NCBI GenBank assembly: GCA_048013815.1
Contig: CM106586.1
Coordinates: forward strand, 5,642,001 to 5,706,000
Length of the DNA stretch: 64,000 nt
Direction: 5' to 3'
Source: Setoptus koraiensis
Lineage: Eukaryota > Animalia > Arthropoda
In this document: positions 49,529 to 63,048 of the stretch, piece after piece
Numbering within the stretch: position 1 is the stretch's first letter
How the letters are laid out: every line of letters begins with the position of its first letter
Made by a program: the position numbers and the translations under genes
Notes under the pieces: model-generated
Databases searched by the model: none
Told to the model about the DNA's origin: nothing
What the model saw: only the letters and a program-made list of their open reading frames with translations

Positions 49529-50560
49529 ATGGTTGAAGTTACCTACCAAGACATTATAAGAAAGGACTTTTCTCTTCCTCGAGCGATTTACGAGAGGGAA
49601 CAGGGCGATTTTTCGTTCCGTGAAAAGGATTACAAGACTGCTCTGAAACACTACGAAATAGTCCTCAAAATATGCGATAGCTATAGGGACCTGCTTGCTG
49701 CTAGAATGGGTGGCATACACAAAGCGATGGCGCAGGGTGGATCGGGTCAAAAAGAACTAGATGAGCTAGTGACCAAAGGGATAAAAGATGAAACTATCAA
49801 CAATTCTACAACACCTGTAAAAGAAAAAGAGGATTTAGAGGGCTCCTTGGACGAACTCAAAGGAGAAATCCTCGGAAAAAGGCGTGACCTTGCACGCAAG
49901 TTGGCTGGTGATAATCAGCAGCGACATTCATCCAAGAACTCGGAGCCCATTCGTGGTGGCACAGCACCCTCGCTACGGAATACAAGCGTATCAGCATCGA
50001 CTAACTCGGATTATATGAATCCGTCGACATACTATTATCGAGGCTATATATTTATGTCAACACCACCGATTCATCCCTACGCACCAGAGACGATGCCAGT
50101 GTCACATCAAATCATCGACAAGATAATGCAACTGACGCTTGATTACCCAAAGCTTGAATCAGGTGACATAAGAGAGCTGCTACATTTAGAGGGAATCATC
50201 CATGAAAAGCATCAGCAACGATTAACCGAAGGACCCTTCCGTGCTTATGATGCAACCTCAGCCGCCACAAACCGTGACGATATCAACAAAAACAACACCA
50301 GCAACAAGATTACCGGCTCACAGTCTAGGGAAGACATGTCTTGCATACCATCAATAGAACTCATCTCTAGTATAAGAAGATCCACTCTTGCATCAGCATT
50401 TCCATCGACCAATAATAAATCTCAGCAATCAATCCCGTCGCGGCCTTCAGAAGCGGCCACTTCAACAGGCCGGCCAACTTATACGTGGGATTGCAGAACC
50501 CCTATCAGGCACTCCAAAGCTTCGCTCTCCGAGCTCTGTTGGGAGATGCATAACGGCTGA
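49529..50560 (+). CDS. Orphan protein with a TPR-like motif and a paired-RED/Tc1-like helix-turn-helix remnant
   Basis: Long stop-free ORF (49397-50560); AIYEREQGDFSFREKDYKTALKHYEIVL is TPR-like; IIDKIMQLTLDYPKLESGDIRELLHLEGII aligns without gaps to Pax [30 protein letters not shown]. Confidence 0.65.
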   Translation: MVEVTYQDIIRKDFSLPRAIYEREQGDFSFREKDYKTALKHYEIVLKICDSYRDLLAARMGGIHKAMAQGGSGQKELDELVTKGIKDETINNSTTPVKEKEDLEGSLDELKGEILGKRRDLARKLAGDNQQRHSSKNSEPIRGGTAPSLRNTSVSASTNSDYMNPSTYYYRGYIFMSTPPIHPYAPETMPVSHQIIDKIMQLTLDYPKLESGDIRELLHLEGIIHEKHQQRLTEGPFRAYDATSAATNRDDINKNNTSNKITGSQSREDMSCIPSIELISSIRRSTLASAFPSTNNKSQQSIPSRPSEAATSTGRPTYTWDCRTPIRHSKASLSELCWEMHNG

Positions 50561-53500
50561 CCAAGAATGAAAACTGACACTACACCGGTAGCTAAAACCA
50601 CGACAGCTACAGAAAAGAGGGATTAATAAATCAGTTTTCGTTTCGTTGATCAAATGGTCTTCGCACTCGCTAGAGCTGTTTTGTACAATTGTCGAGGGGC
50701 ATTTTGTCCGAAAAGACAAAAGGCCGCCAATGCTGCGAGCCCCATCCTTGTCTCTCCTTAATTCTATCCTCAATGTGAAACCGTTTCTTGTCGACCTCAT
50801 CGGATATTTTGCAATCGTTTTTCTCACTTTTTCAAAGTTTTCATCGGTGTTATTTTATAAGCTCATACAGAACTGGCCTGAATGAGAAGAATGTCATGTG
50901 CAATTCAGAGCCGCCATGAAGAGAGTCCATGAGGACGGACATTGACACCTCTTCAACTCGGGCCACAACAATAAAATTAAGCAACAATTATGATGCAATC
51001 GTGTCTCTGTCAGCTTTTGAAGACAATTGACTGTTTAGTTGAGGCCTTGGCAACATACCAACGGCAAGGCTGACGATTTGAGAGCAAGAAAGGAATTTCT
51101 CAAACTGTTTTCCGACACTAGTCAACCATCTTCATCCAGCGACACCATCAGTCATTTGATGGATGCACAGTCGCCTCGATTACTATCTCGGCCTCTACAA
51201 GTTATGTAAAAAATATTATACCACCATCGGCATCGCACATGATTGTCACCTTGCCAACAATTACGGCAGTAAAGACACCGACGCCGACGACGAGGGCACC
51301 ACAAATCACTCAAACGATAGTAAAGTTGACGTGTGACGTGCGTTGATGTCAGTGCCATACGAGAGTTGCTATGTCTCGAGAAGCTTGATCGCTAAAAGCA
51401 GCAGCACCAATTCGCCGGAAGTCAGTCCAATGCACTAGACGAGGCTTCGATAGACATCAGGATTTGCTAACTCAACAATGGTGGCATTGAGATGGCACGC
51501 ACAGTTGCCACTGGGTCCAGACAAAACGGACCGCTGTACACATCCTGATAGATATCCTGATCTGATATTCTGACTTTCTGATATTCTCGTTCTGATGTAC
51601 CATCACTGGTCATAATTTTTCAGATAAAACGCGATGCAATCTCCTAAGTAAAAGTGACTAATCATCAGCAGTCTTATAAATCAGCTTCGACGGCTGTCAT
51701 TTTGGCCGCCAATATATCGCCTAGACAGTCGGTATCGTGGCACCAACAGCAACACCGACCTCACTTCTGTGGACTTTGGATTGCATGCACTCTATCGAGC
51801 ATGCGATCCAAACAATCCATTGTCAATGACAAAGATTTCGAGAACAGCGCCGACTTCGAAGTCGTTTTCGGGAGCGATATCATGGCCAAAGGCGCCTGAA
51901 GAGATCTCGACACCATCGAGAAAATACTGAGAAAACATTGAGGAAATCAAGTCGACCTTAAGCTATCTCCAGCAACAATGTGCCATCGATATGCATCGGC
52001 GGCACTATCTGATGAGCGATTCAAATCCAAAAGTCGACTGCGCGACGATTGGAGAGTCTTCATATATTCGTACCTCACTTTTTAGCGCCACTATAACCGT
52101 CGATCAACGTCGACAGATAATTGGAGGCATCACAATTGTCAGCGACGGATATTTTACGCTTGTGTATGCTTTTGCTTGCCAGAGTAACAGTTGCGAAAGT
52201 TGCCATAATGACAGAATTGGTGCCTGTCAGTGTGACAGTCACCACTAACAGCTTATCGTTAGCTGGTCGCAAGCCGTCGTCAACAACAACAACGACAACC
52301 CGTCCGACAGTGCAGTAGTTGATTATGTTGTGCGTCTATTGCGATTCGTTTTTTTCTTACTAAAAAGTTGCTCGCCAGTGTTATCTTCAAGATGGTTAAG
52401 TTCTTTTAGCTAGAAAAGAATTCTCTCTTCGAGTCCGCCCTCGCTCGCTCGCTCGCCGACTGAAGGCTGACTGCTGAATGTCCAACGTGAGTTGCCACAC
52501 TGACATTGTTTGTTTACTACGGGTTGTTGTTAGTGTTGTTGTTTTCGTTGTTGTATAATAAGAGAAAGACAACAACAACAACTGGCAACTCATGAATGGG
52601 TTGCCTCTTGTTGAATATTTTTCTCGTTGCTGTTGCTGAGTCAGTCGAACACTATGAGTCTACTGTTTCTATGCTGTCTTCATTTGCTCTAACCTTTGTC
52701 TCAAATTTATGAGTTGCTGGCAGCGTCGTCGATGACAAGAAGATGCTGCCAACGATCCGGCTCGAACACAACCTGTCATCTATTGGCTGAAGCCACGCTA
52801 AAATTATCATTAGTAGCCGTCAAATCGGAGATTTTCGCCATATCAGTTGTGTGAGGATATAACTATATATATATAAAGGCATATACTCGATTGTTATGTA
52901 ACGAAAACGACGACAATATCTGGTGTAACAATTTTCAGCAACGAACGAGAGCCAGCAGAGAAAAGGAAATAATCATTGTTTATTATTAATCCAGTAAACT
53001 AGTTTGAATAGAGGAGTAGCGTCTCGTCGTCGTCTCAAGCGCTTTGTAACAGTATCCAATGTGGATGGCCTTGGTCGTCAATACTGCTACCTCTACCACT
53101 ATCACTATCGCTAGCACTAAATGATTAAACACATTTACATTCATTTTATTTATATTTAGTTGTTAGTGATCGTGCACAGTTGAGTGAAAATTAAATAAAC
53201 TAGCCGGTTAGTTAGTTGCGTCAGCATTAACGCAACAAGTGCCAGCAGCATAATATCAGTAATAGTAACAAGTGAAGCGCATTTTTTCCAGACGCAAATA
53301 CAAACCAACAAATTCATCACCTGTTGTTACACCTGTAGTACACCAAAATCACAGTGAGCGTGAATTTGTATGCGCACAAGTCAAGACGCATTTCTTCTTC
53401 TTGACCATCAAAAAGAAGCCAGCTACACAAACAATCACGTCCCATCTAACGAACAAAATACTCATCTATTATTTGGGACCTCTATTATTAGTCCTCTACG

Positions 53501-53691
53501 AATTTCCAACCGCAAATTCCAGCAGGTAGTATCGATTCGATCGGATGTCATTCGAATAAATCAAATCAATCAATAGAAGGAACAACGAAAGAAATTTTTT
53601 CGAGTGAACATGCAGCCACACTGATCGGCAGAAAATCACCGATTATCGTTGTCAGGGTCACATATTATTTGATCTAATTAATTTTATTACA

Positions 53692-55401
53692 ATGACGGGA
53701 ACTCTGGCGGTCACAAATCTGGCCGGTTCGGCCCAATACGGCAAACTCAACGGAGTCGCTCCGCAAATGCCCAACGGAAAGGCAAATGGATCGGCGGACG
53801 CAAATAGCAACAGCAAAAGTGCCCTGGCTTTGGTGGAGGTGAGACAAAAATTTGTCCAGTATGCCGAAAAGAATCCCGACAAGGTAAACGAACGCGACCT
53901 GGAGCGCCTCAAAACCGACGACTGGTATTTGAAGCGTTACCTGTTGGCCAGAAATCGAAAGGTCCAAGACACTCTAGACATGCTCAAGCACACAATGGAA
54001 TGGCGCAACGAATTTGGCATTCACCTGTCAGAAGATTCCATGTTTCCGCAGGAATTCTATAAAATAGGCGCCCTGTTTCCGTACGAGAACGACAAAAAGG
54101 GCAATTTGTGTCTGTACATGCGCATCAAATATCACAAGAAAATCACTGAATTAGTTGAGGTAGAGAAACACTTTCTGGTGCACACCTTTGAGAAAATAGA
54201 TCGTATAACCAACGGCAATGGATTGGTGATCGTGTTCGATTGTCACGAGGCCGGCTACGCTAATTGCGACGTAGAATTTCTGCAATTCTTGATTTCGTGT
54301 GCCACCGAACACGCGCCCGTCGGACTTCAATACATCATAGTGTACAAGTTGCCCTGGGTACTGAATGCCTTTTGGAGTTTGGCCCGAAAATTGTTGCCCA
54401 CTTACCTGGCGAACCGGGTGCGCTTCTGTGACGAAACAAGCGTTTTGCAGTACATAGACAAGGACAAATTGCCCGACTATATGGGCGGCTCTTGCCGGCG
54501 CAACTACCGCTGGATTCCGCCCGGCAGCCCGTCGGTGTTCAAGCTGGCCCACGCGTACGGAATCTCCGACGAGGACATCGAGGTGCTGTTGCCTCAGTTT
54601 CAGGCATTTCTCGATGAGGCCGACGAGGCGCTCAGGAGTAGCGACTACGTAGATCCGCCCGTAGCGATAACGCAATACATGAACAATGCCGAGATCGCCC
54701 GCGATATGATGGCCGACTTAGTGCTAGGTTCCGGCGAGCGCGGCCAAACGGACACCGTGGCAAGCAACATCAGCAAATCACAGCACCATCCAAACGTTAT
54801 CCAACCCGTTGATTACGACGAGTCGCTGGTGCGCGTATTTCCGCAACAATTTTGCTTATTTACACCTGATTCATTTGATGGTATATATTACGCAACCCTG
54901 ACCATTTTCAATCCTAGCCAACAAGATACTCTTGCTTTCAAGCTTCGAACAAACAGACCAACGGCCTATCGGGTTCCGCAGGCCCGAGGATTGGTGCCGC
55001 CGAGCGCGTCTGTTAAGCTCTACATATCACTATTGGAGGAGCACGAACAAGAGGACAAGTTTCTATTAATTGCTCAACGCGTGCCAGGACACGTAGAAAA
55101 GATGTCGGCCAATGAGTTCGAGTCTATCTGGCAACAACAATCCAATGATGACAAACAACAAACATGTGTGAGATTGGCCTCTCAAATCAGACGAGACGCC
55201 CAACTAGCCACTGTTTCCAGTTGCGGCCAAACAACAAACAAGAGAAAGCGATCATTGTCTAAACAACAACAATTGAACAGTGGCTCCCAGATACACGAGT
55301 TGATGGCCACTTGCCATTCGTTGAAACGAAGCCAGACTCTTTCAATACTCATCAATGTTATACTCTTGTTGATTATCATAAATCTTTTATACTTCAAGTG
55401 A
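53692..55401 (+). CDS. MOSPD2: Motile sperm domain-containing protein 2 (CRAL-TRIO + MSP + C-terminal TM), intronless
   Basis: DDWYLKRYL..DTLDML..TMEWR; DKKGN..LY; IIVYKLPWVLNAFWSL; LPDYMGGSC; MSP domain LAFKLRTNRPTAYRV...DKFL; hydrophobic C-terminus. Confidence 0.92.
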   Translation: MTGTLAVTNLAGSAQYGKLNGVAPQMPNGKANGSADANSNSKSALALVEVRQKFVQYAEKNPDKVNERDLERLKTDDWYLKRYLLARNRKVQDTLDMLKHTMEWRNEFGIHLSEDSMFPQEFYKIGALFPYENDKKGNLCLYMRIKYHKKITELVEVEKHFLVHTFEKIDRITNGNGLVIVFDCHEAGYANCDVEFLQFLISCATEHAPVGLQYIIVYKLPWVLNAFWSLARKLLPTYLANRVRFCDETSVLQYIDKDKLPDYMGGSCRRNYRWIPPGSPSVFKLAHAYGISDEDIEVLLPQFQAFLDEADEALRSSDYVDPPVAITQYMNNAEIARDMMADLVLGSGERGQTDTVASNISKSQHHPNVIQPVDYDESLVRVFPQQFCLFTPDSFDGIYYATLTIFNPSQQDTLAFKLRTNRPTAYRVPQARGLVPPSASVKLYISLLEEHEQEDKFLLIAQRVPGHVEKMSANEFESIWQQQSNDDKQQTCVRLASQIRRDAQLATVSSCGQTTNKRKRSLSKQQQLNSGSQIHELMATCHSLKRSQTLSILINVILLLIIINLLYFK

Positions 55402-55779
55402 CTACAAGTGATTTCATCAATCCAATCAATTTCCACAATCAATGGGCATCATGATATATTTGTAATATTCTCATTATCAATTGTCAGACACACACCTCGC
55501 GTCGTGTGCATCTAGTTTTAACCATGACGGTCTATGTCTAATCATCATCAAAACCATCATTACTATTATTATTATCATTTTTATTAATATTATTGATCAA
55601 ATGCAATAAACAGATGGTCGTAAGAAGTGTCTGTGGTTGTGTAATAAATGGTCTTGTCGGACCGAAAGACTGTAGTAATATTGCTAATTAACTGTAACCT
55701 GGATTCCAAGTGTTGCTCTTTATTATGTCCATTCACTATGCAAGCAACCTTTATTACAGTAAGTATATGAAACAGCTGA

Positions 55780-56904
55780 TCATGGCAACATCCTTTCTAA
55801 ATACCAGCCATTCTCGGCTTTTTTAGTCACCTTATCGTCAATGGTCTCATTGTTTGTGTCAACCTTACGAAATATCAATCGATCGTGCACTCGATTTGTG
55901 TTCCCTTGCCAAAACTCGAAGTAACTTGGCACAATTAGATATCCTCCCCTAAAATCGTGACAGATAGTAATCGATAGACAGGAGACCGTTAATAATGAAA
56001 TATCTTACCCACTACATGCCGCTCGGTTGTGTATGATATGAAATCTGTCCGTTTAGAATTTCATGCGAGTAACTTACCAGGTTGCGGGTTTAGGGGGTAC
56101 ACTGTCGCCCAGGGAGGCCTTCAATGAATCATACTTTTTCATCAACTCATCTCGACTCGATATAAGAGATGTTTGATCACTGATTGCGGCCCCAATTTGA
56201 CTCGATTGAGGCCTCCGCTTGAAATATGTCTCAGCGACTTCTTGTGGCAATTTCTCAGCTTTACCTTCGATGCGAACTTGACGATTGCACGAGTCCCAAT
56301 AAAAGAGCAGTGCCACATTAGGATTTTCTTCCTGTTAGATACAATTAAAAATTGATTATTATTGTGAGAATAACAGATTATTCATCGTCACATGTTACTA
56401 CAAAAGTAGCTGGCAAATTATCTGAGGTAACCTACAATATCCCTTCCTTTATGGCTACTGTAGTGAGTGAAGAATCTGAATCCGTCATCACCAAATCCTT
56501 TCAAGAGCACCATCCTCGAAGAAGGCGTTCCTGCCCTGTGACAAACGTAGCGAATTGAATTGTGGATGATTATTTGATTCAACTGTCTGACAAGAGAAGT
56601 AATAATTTTGTTTTTTTTTCCTCAATCGAATTGGTCATTCATACTTATTGACGGTGCTGATTGAGAATGCATTCGGTTCGTAGACTGATTTGCTTTGTTT
56701 GACCAATTCAAACCAATTGGAAAAGAGCTTTATTGGATCTAAAGTGTCCAGTCTCGACTCATCAATGCCATCCTCGTGATCTCTGTAGGGTTTTCGCATG
56801 TCGGACAAATCCACTTGAGCGCAGCCCGGAACTGAAGTGGACATTTTGGAATAATTTGATTTATTTAACGCTCTGCTAATTAATGATACTGAGAGCTTAA
56901 ACAT
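55780..56904 (-). CDS. PNPO: Pyridoxine/pyridoxamine 5'-phosphate oxidase, 4 exons
   Basis: LSDMRKPY; [10 protein letters not shown]; EPNAFSIST; [10 protein letters not shown]...FRFFT..SSHKG; [16 protein letters not shown]; [13 protein letters not shown]; PKPATWGGY; [15 protein letters not shown]; GWYLERMLP. Confidence 0.95.
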
Positions 56905-57378
56905 ACTATTATCAATAATCCGATAATGATATGAAATTGAAACAGATGATGAAAGTTTCAATTATTTATACAGTGTATTTTGAGCCACAACAGATTTGGT
57001 CACTGATGGCCAATAAACCAAGCGCATGCTTGAACATATGATCGTCCTAGGTGCTTGTCAATAAACCCGTGGCGCAAGTCCAAACAAACAGGATATTTTT
57101 AACATTGTCATTGTATTTATTTTATTACTCAGCGTTTATGATCATCATTATGCTGTTATTCTACCAGTGTGCATTTGGATGGAACTTACAATAGCAGGAA
57201 ATGACGATAAACCTCGGATATCTTCAATATCTTAATACAACCTAAACCGGATCAATCAAATCAATTTCGGCCCTTTTTACAGCCATATGTTCAGCCATAA
57301 TTAGACAGACCCTGTTAGATGAAATCTTTTATTCAAATATATCGACAAATGCTTTCCAGCTAGCTGTAACCAATCATC

Positions 57379-58677
57379 ATGTTTAGCCGAGATCTCTTGA
57401 TCACCTATCTGAGAATATTCATTGTAGAGGCGGCCTATTGGACGGTCTCCATCTCAATGGTATTCATCAACAAATTTGTTCTTAGTGACAAAATGTTGGG
57501 TGATGAATTAACCGTTTTTATAACTCTATTCCAATGCATGTTCTCACTGGCCATACTGATTGCCCTCAATTATCTTACAAAAAAATTTGTTGCAGCTCCT
57601 CAAAATGATTCGCAGCAACAATTTGGAAAGCAGCAAACTAACGCCAAAGACCACAATTATTATAAACAACAACCACCTTCAACTTCTGGTGATATTAGAG
57701 GAAAACAAGGGAACAACTCTGAGCCTTTGAGCCAAATATTTTATGTTCACATACCGGATACAGTTAAATTATCAACTTGCCGAATAGTGTTTCCCGTGTC
57801 ATTGTTATACGTTGGAATGCTCGTACTGAACAATTTCTGTCTCAAGAATGTCGATGTGGCATTCTATTTTGTTAGCCGATCACTCACCACCGTTTTCAAT
57901 GTTATATTTACATATTTTTTACTCAACGAAACTACATCATCTGGTGCCCTAATATGTTGCGCGTTCATTGTGATTGGCTTCTTTCTTGGCATTGACCAAG
58001 AGAATGTCATAGGAAAATTATCTGTTATAGGTGTGATATTTGGCGTTGCATCAAGTCTATTTGGATCATTGTTCTCAATTTACACTAAAAAGACGCTAGC
58101 CTCCTTAGACAAGAACATATGGGTTTTAACACTGTTCAACAATATCAATGCCATGCTATTATTTGTTCCCCTGATAGCCATACACGGAGATATAAGTGTT
58201 TTAGTTTATTTGCAACCACAACGTATTGTCAATCCGGCCTTCTGGACAATGTTGTCTATATCTGGAGTGATGGCATTTTTTATAGCAACAGTTACTAATG
58301 CCTCCATCAAATACACATCTCCATTGACTCACAATATAAGCGGCACAGCAAAAGCTTGCTTCCAGACAGTGATAGCCGTTATTTATGACAGAGAATCAAA
58401 ATCATTTCTCTGGTGGACCAGTAATGTAATTATACTGTTAGCTTCTGCGATGTATTCGCGCATAAAACAGCAAGAAATGGAAAGAAGACTCAACAATCAT
58501 CATGTTAACAGTTCTAGTCATGCCAAAGATGACGGAACGTTTTTTTCGAGCGTCAAAAACATGACCAGGAATCTCAAGAAAGGACCATCGATCAACGATC
58601 CTATGGCGCAAAATTTACTCGTCGAAATGAACAACAATCAGAACCTAGACGACGATGACGACTGCACTGTCGAATAA
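57379..58677 (+). CDS. SLC35C1: GDP-fucose transporter, intronless
   Basis: YWTVSISMVFINK; FITLFQC; NNFCLKNVDVAFYFVSRSLTTVFNV; IKYTSPLTHNISGTAKACFQTV. Confidence 0.95.
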   Translation: MFSRDLLITYLRIFIVEAAYWTVSISMVFINKFVLSDKMLGDELTVFITLFQCMFSLAILIALNYLTKKFVAAPQNDSQQQFGKQQTNAKDHNYYKQQPPSTSGDIRGKQGNNSEPLSQIFYVHIPDTVKLSTCRIVFPVSLLYVGMLVLNNFCLKNVDVAFYFVSRSLTTVFNVIFTYFLLNETTSSGALICCAFIVIGFFLGIDQENVIGKLSVIGVIFGVASSLFGSLFSIYTKKTLASLDKNIWVLTLFNNINAMLLFVPLIAIHGDISVLVYLQPQRIVNPAFWTMLSISGVMAFFIATVTNASIKYTSPLTHNISGTAKACFQTVIAVIYDRESKSFLWWTSNVIILLASAMYSRIKQQEMERRLNNHHVNSSSHAKDDGTFFSSVKNMTRNLKKGPSINDPMAQNLLVEMNNNQNLDDDDDCTVE

Positions 58678-60960
58678 ATCGGCCCCTAATCTATAATCTG
58701 ACCTGTGTATCATTCATGTGTATCATCGAAGCGAGCCTCAGACTGCATATCCGCACCTGGAGGCATCCATTCATTTCGCATGCAGACCAAACTTTCTTTT
58801 CGGATCGCGAAACATTTTTTTCCTCATCTTGTCTTTTCGCTAATCTGCTAGAACATGACTCTGGAGTTTGAAATTGCATCAATGAAAACATTGTGATCAA
58901 CAAGTCTTTGAATTGTTCAGTGGAGACTATTGAGCGTCGTTGTGGACCTGATTATTTGATGAGGAGATCTAGGCGACGGCCAAACTATCAACTTGTCGGT
59001 CCTCACATGACTTGTGGTCCAATAGTGCCAGATGAGCAATCAAGCGAGAGGATGACTGTCGATTTACAGAATTTCAGCAAGCCAATGGCCAAGACAAGAT
59101 TCACAAGTGAATTGAGATTCGCATACTAATGGCACGTTATTTTTCTCTGCCGAATTCCTTTGTTATTGCATGGCAGTGCCAAAAGTCACAGGCCGTATAA
59201 TAGATCGCTTGTTGAGTTGGTGTGTGTCGAAATGATTGCTTACTCATCAGCATGATTGTTGTCACAATAAAAGCAGCCATAAGTCAGCATTAGTAGGTTA
59301 ATTCTAAACACATTGCAACAACAGAACCTAAGAAGTGAGCTCGACTAATAATAATAATAATAATAATTAGCCTGTTGGTAATCGAAAAAGAACGACAGTG
59401 CGTTAGTTATTCGAGCCTTGTTTTGATTTCGTTGCAATCTCGAGTCGGGTCATCATTCTCTCTTTCGCTTGTACCTTATTTTGCTCTTATCCATTCGATC
59501 GATACAGACGTAGTTAAAGATAGAGAGAGAAAGAGGGAGAGAGTTTTTGTTTCTCTCTGTCTCTTCTTCTCTTATATACGAGGTGAGTTGTTGTGTTGAT
59601 ACAGTCTGATAATAAATAATGCTTTTCGTGTGTGAGAGTGACTCACTATTGGTAGTTAGCAACACCACATGATACGCTAATGCCGCACCGTAAGATTGCC
59701 AACATGCAACACACTAGAAAGCTCCTCACCTGGCTGATGCAACAATGTCTAAAATTAGCATGTAGTTGGCGATTGGCTTCATTATAACAGCATTGAGTGG
59801 CGCATAGTGGTCAGTGAGTCTCTCTAGTGGAATGAATGTGAAAAGAACGCTAGCCTGTTACTAGTGAGTCGTTTCGGTTGTTGATGGTCAAGGTAAGCAA
59901 CACATTAACGAGAGAAATAGCGAGAGAGACGACTGAGACATAAATAATTATTATATAACTTGGTCAGTGTTACACACAAGCAACTAGTTGTGTGCACCGT
60001 CCAATTCAATTTCATTGATTGAGCGAGCGAGCGTTTGTGTGTCTCGGCCACTCGATGTTCGAGCTGGCCCGCTTAGAGGCTTCGAATTTCAATTCGAACA
60101 AGATATATATGGCCGGCCGATTCGAAGGATGGCCAGCTAGCGCACTGGCTGGCGGTGCCGTGTGGACAGGGAATACCAGACGTACGTCTGGACAGAACAG
60201 GTATTCTTTTGCAGTTGGTTGCGCATTATGACTCGAGGATAGCTACTAAACAACAACTACGGCTGCCAGTTTCGAGCTACATCCAAACAACCAATGGCGT
60301 GCCTAACACACAAACACACTATTGGCCGGTCATTTGATAGTCGGAGCAAAAATCTTTCGCTTTCAGCTATCAGCTATCGTTTTATTATCATCGTTTAATC
60401 GCCAGCAACAGGCCCAAAACAACGATACCACTAACGAGTGCGATTGTTCCTTGAGTAACTTCTCACCAAACTCACTAGAAATTTATCGCCACTAACTATG
60501 TGTAACTGGCCGGCCGGCCGGCCGGCTGACCGACCAACTGACTGACTAACCGACTGAGCGAGCAACCGTCCGACTGACTCACTAACTGGCTAGCTGAGCC
60601 CGCTGGACGAAACCAAGTCTTAAATGTTGCTAAAGTGGCAAATCGAGTGTGCTGCTTGGCTGCAATCGAAATTGGATAATCTCCTCTTGGCGCTGTGGCC
60701 GTTGCTTCTTCATCCCTGTGACCGTATTTGAATGCATTCGACTCCGACTCGATTCGCAATATAACACCGAATTTGTGTCGCTGGCTCGTAGACAGTAGTG
60801 CAAAAGCGATAGAAAGTAGCCGCAGCAGCAGCACCAGAAAAAGCATAAATCGCCAAACAATTGAACTGAATTGGATTCGATTGGGGAAATTAGTTACGAC
60901 AAGAATTAGTTGCGACAAGAAAAAAGTAGCCACAACAACCACAACAGCAGGCCCACTAAT

Positions 60961-63048
60961 ATGGGTTCCACTAAAATGGTCCTCAATAGCAGCACCAGGT
61001 GTCCCTGTATAACGCTCACAATAATACTACTAACAATAACCACCTTGACCATTAAGTCGGCCGTAGAGGCTCAAGAAAGAGTTGAACTCGACAGTAAGTA
61101 GACGAATGAGCATTGAAATATTAATTATAATTATGAGATACGACGACATCAATCAATCCCCGATCAATGATCGCACAAAAGTCGCGAATTAATCGATTCA
61201 TTACACAGTTTACACAAAGTGCAAGCGTAGCCAGTAATAATAACTCATTTTCTCCGTTATTAAACGTTTCTCCGTTAACTGAAAAAAAAAATAAAAAATA
61301 AAAAACAAACAACAATCAACCAACAACCAAATATAAATATCATATAATATAAAATTAACAGAACAGGGCGAACCGATACCGTGCATCGACAATGGCAAAT
61401 ACTACAGAAATCCCATAGCGGTGGGATTGCGACAGGATTGTGGAAAATACTATCAATGTTACGACAAGAAAGTAATATCATTCAGATGCAACTCAGATCT
61501 CTATTTCGACGTTGATAGACAAATTTGTGATTTTAAATTAAAAGTTCATAATTGTGACAAGTCGCACGGTGAGTATGGAGCCCGAGATTTCGAGAGCGGT
61601 CCTCTCGAAACGGGCAACTGTCATGATTGCTCACACTGATTATGACTGATTATACTCACTATCCGATCACCGATTTCCATTGCTAATCATTCAATCCAAT
61701 CGATAATGTCAATGATCATTTCGAACTCGACTGTATCGACTGGCGCTCAGATGGCTCGACCCCGCGACCGCTTCTGGTGACCGAGGAGCCCATTTGTCCC
61801 ACTGGCCAGTTGGCTTGCGCGGACAGGAAGTGCCTGAACAAGGAATTGTTTTGCGACGGTCAGGTGGACTGTGTCGATTATTCCGACGAGTCCTACTGCG
61901 ATCCAGAGAACGATCCAAATGCCGCACAGCGATGCAATTTAAACAATTGTACCTTGCCCGATTGTTTTTGCAGCGCCGACGGCACACGAATACCCGGCGA
62001 TCTCAAGGTTCAGGATACGCCCCAGATGATTATATTGACATTTGACGATGCTGTCAACAATGAAAATTGGGAAATATATCAAAAGATATTCACGGCAAAC
62101 AGGACAAACGGCAACGGTTGCCCCATTAAATCGACGTTCTTTTTGAGCCACGAATACACCAATTACAGACATGTTCAAAAATTGTGGAACGACGGTCACG
62201 AGATAGCCATACATTCCATAACGCACAAGCAGCCCGAATTGTGGTGGACATTCAATGCAACCATGGAGGATTGGTTCGACGAGTTCGCTGGCATGGCCAA
62301 CATAATACACAAATTTGCTGGCATACCATTGGACGATTTACGGGGCGTTAGAGTGCCATTTTTGCGCGTCGGCTGGAACACCCAATTGGTGATGATGAAA
62401 GAATTTGGCTTCTTGTACGACTCAACCATGGTGGCCCCATCTAAAACAGGCCAGCCAAACTCCTATCCAATTTGGCCCTTCACCATGGACTATCGTATAC
62501 CGCACAAGTGTCACGGTTCGCGCCAAAAGTGCCCCAGTCGCTCGTTCCCTGGCATGTGGGAGATGATTATGAACCCGTTGGACATTGAGGGTCACACTTG
62601 CGCCATGGTGGACTCGTGTCCGGCCCATTTAACCGAGGACGAAATGTACGATTTGTTGCGCTCCAATTTCGAGCGACATTACACCACCAATCGGGCCCCG
62701 TTCGGTTTGTATTTCCACACAATCTGGTTCAAGGAAAAGCGCAATCACAAGGCCCTGTTGAGATTCGTCGACGACATGATTAAAAAACAAGACGTCTGGT
62801 TCGTGACAAACTATCAGGCCATCGAATGGATGAGGACGCCCACCTCGTTGGCGCAAATAAACAATTTCGACCCATGGAAATGTAACAAGAAAGAGATTGA
62901 CGCCAATTTAATTGCCTGCAATCATCCAAACTTGTGCAAATTGAAATTCAGACAGGGCAAGGGCGAACGATACCTGTACACTTGCTTCGAGTGTCCCGAG
63001 GTATTTCCCTGGGTCAAGAACGAGTTCGGTGTAGATACACAAAAATGA
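60961..63048 (+). CDS. Group I chitin deacetylase (CBM14 + LDLa + CE4 domain), vermiform/CDA2-like; exons 60961-61093, 61362-61568, 61751-63048 (545 aa)
   Basis: Signal peptide; CBM14 exon (C..DLYFDVDRQICDF..VHNC); LDLa; LPDCFCSADGTRIPG; TFDDAVN; HEIAIHSITH; RVPFLRVGWN; RAPFGLYFH. Confidence 0.95.
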
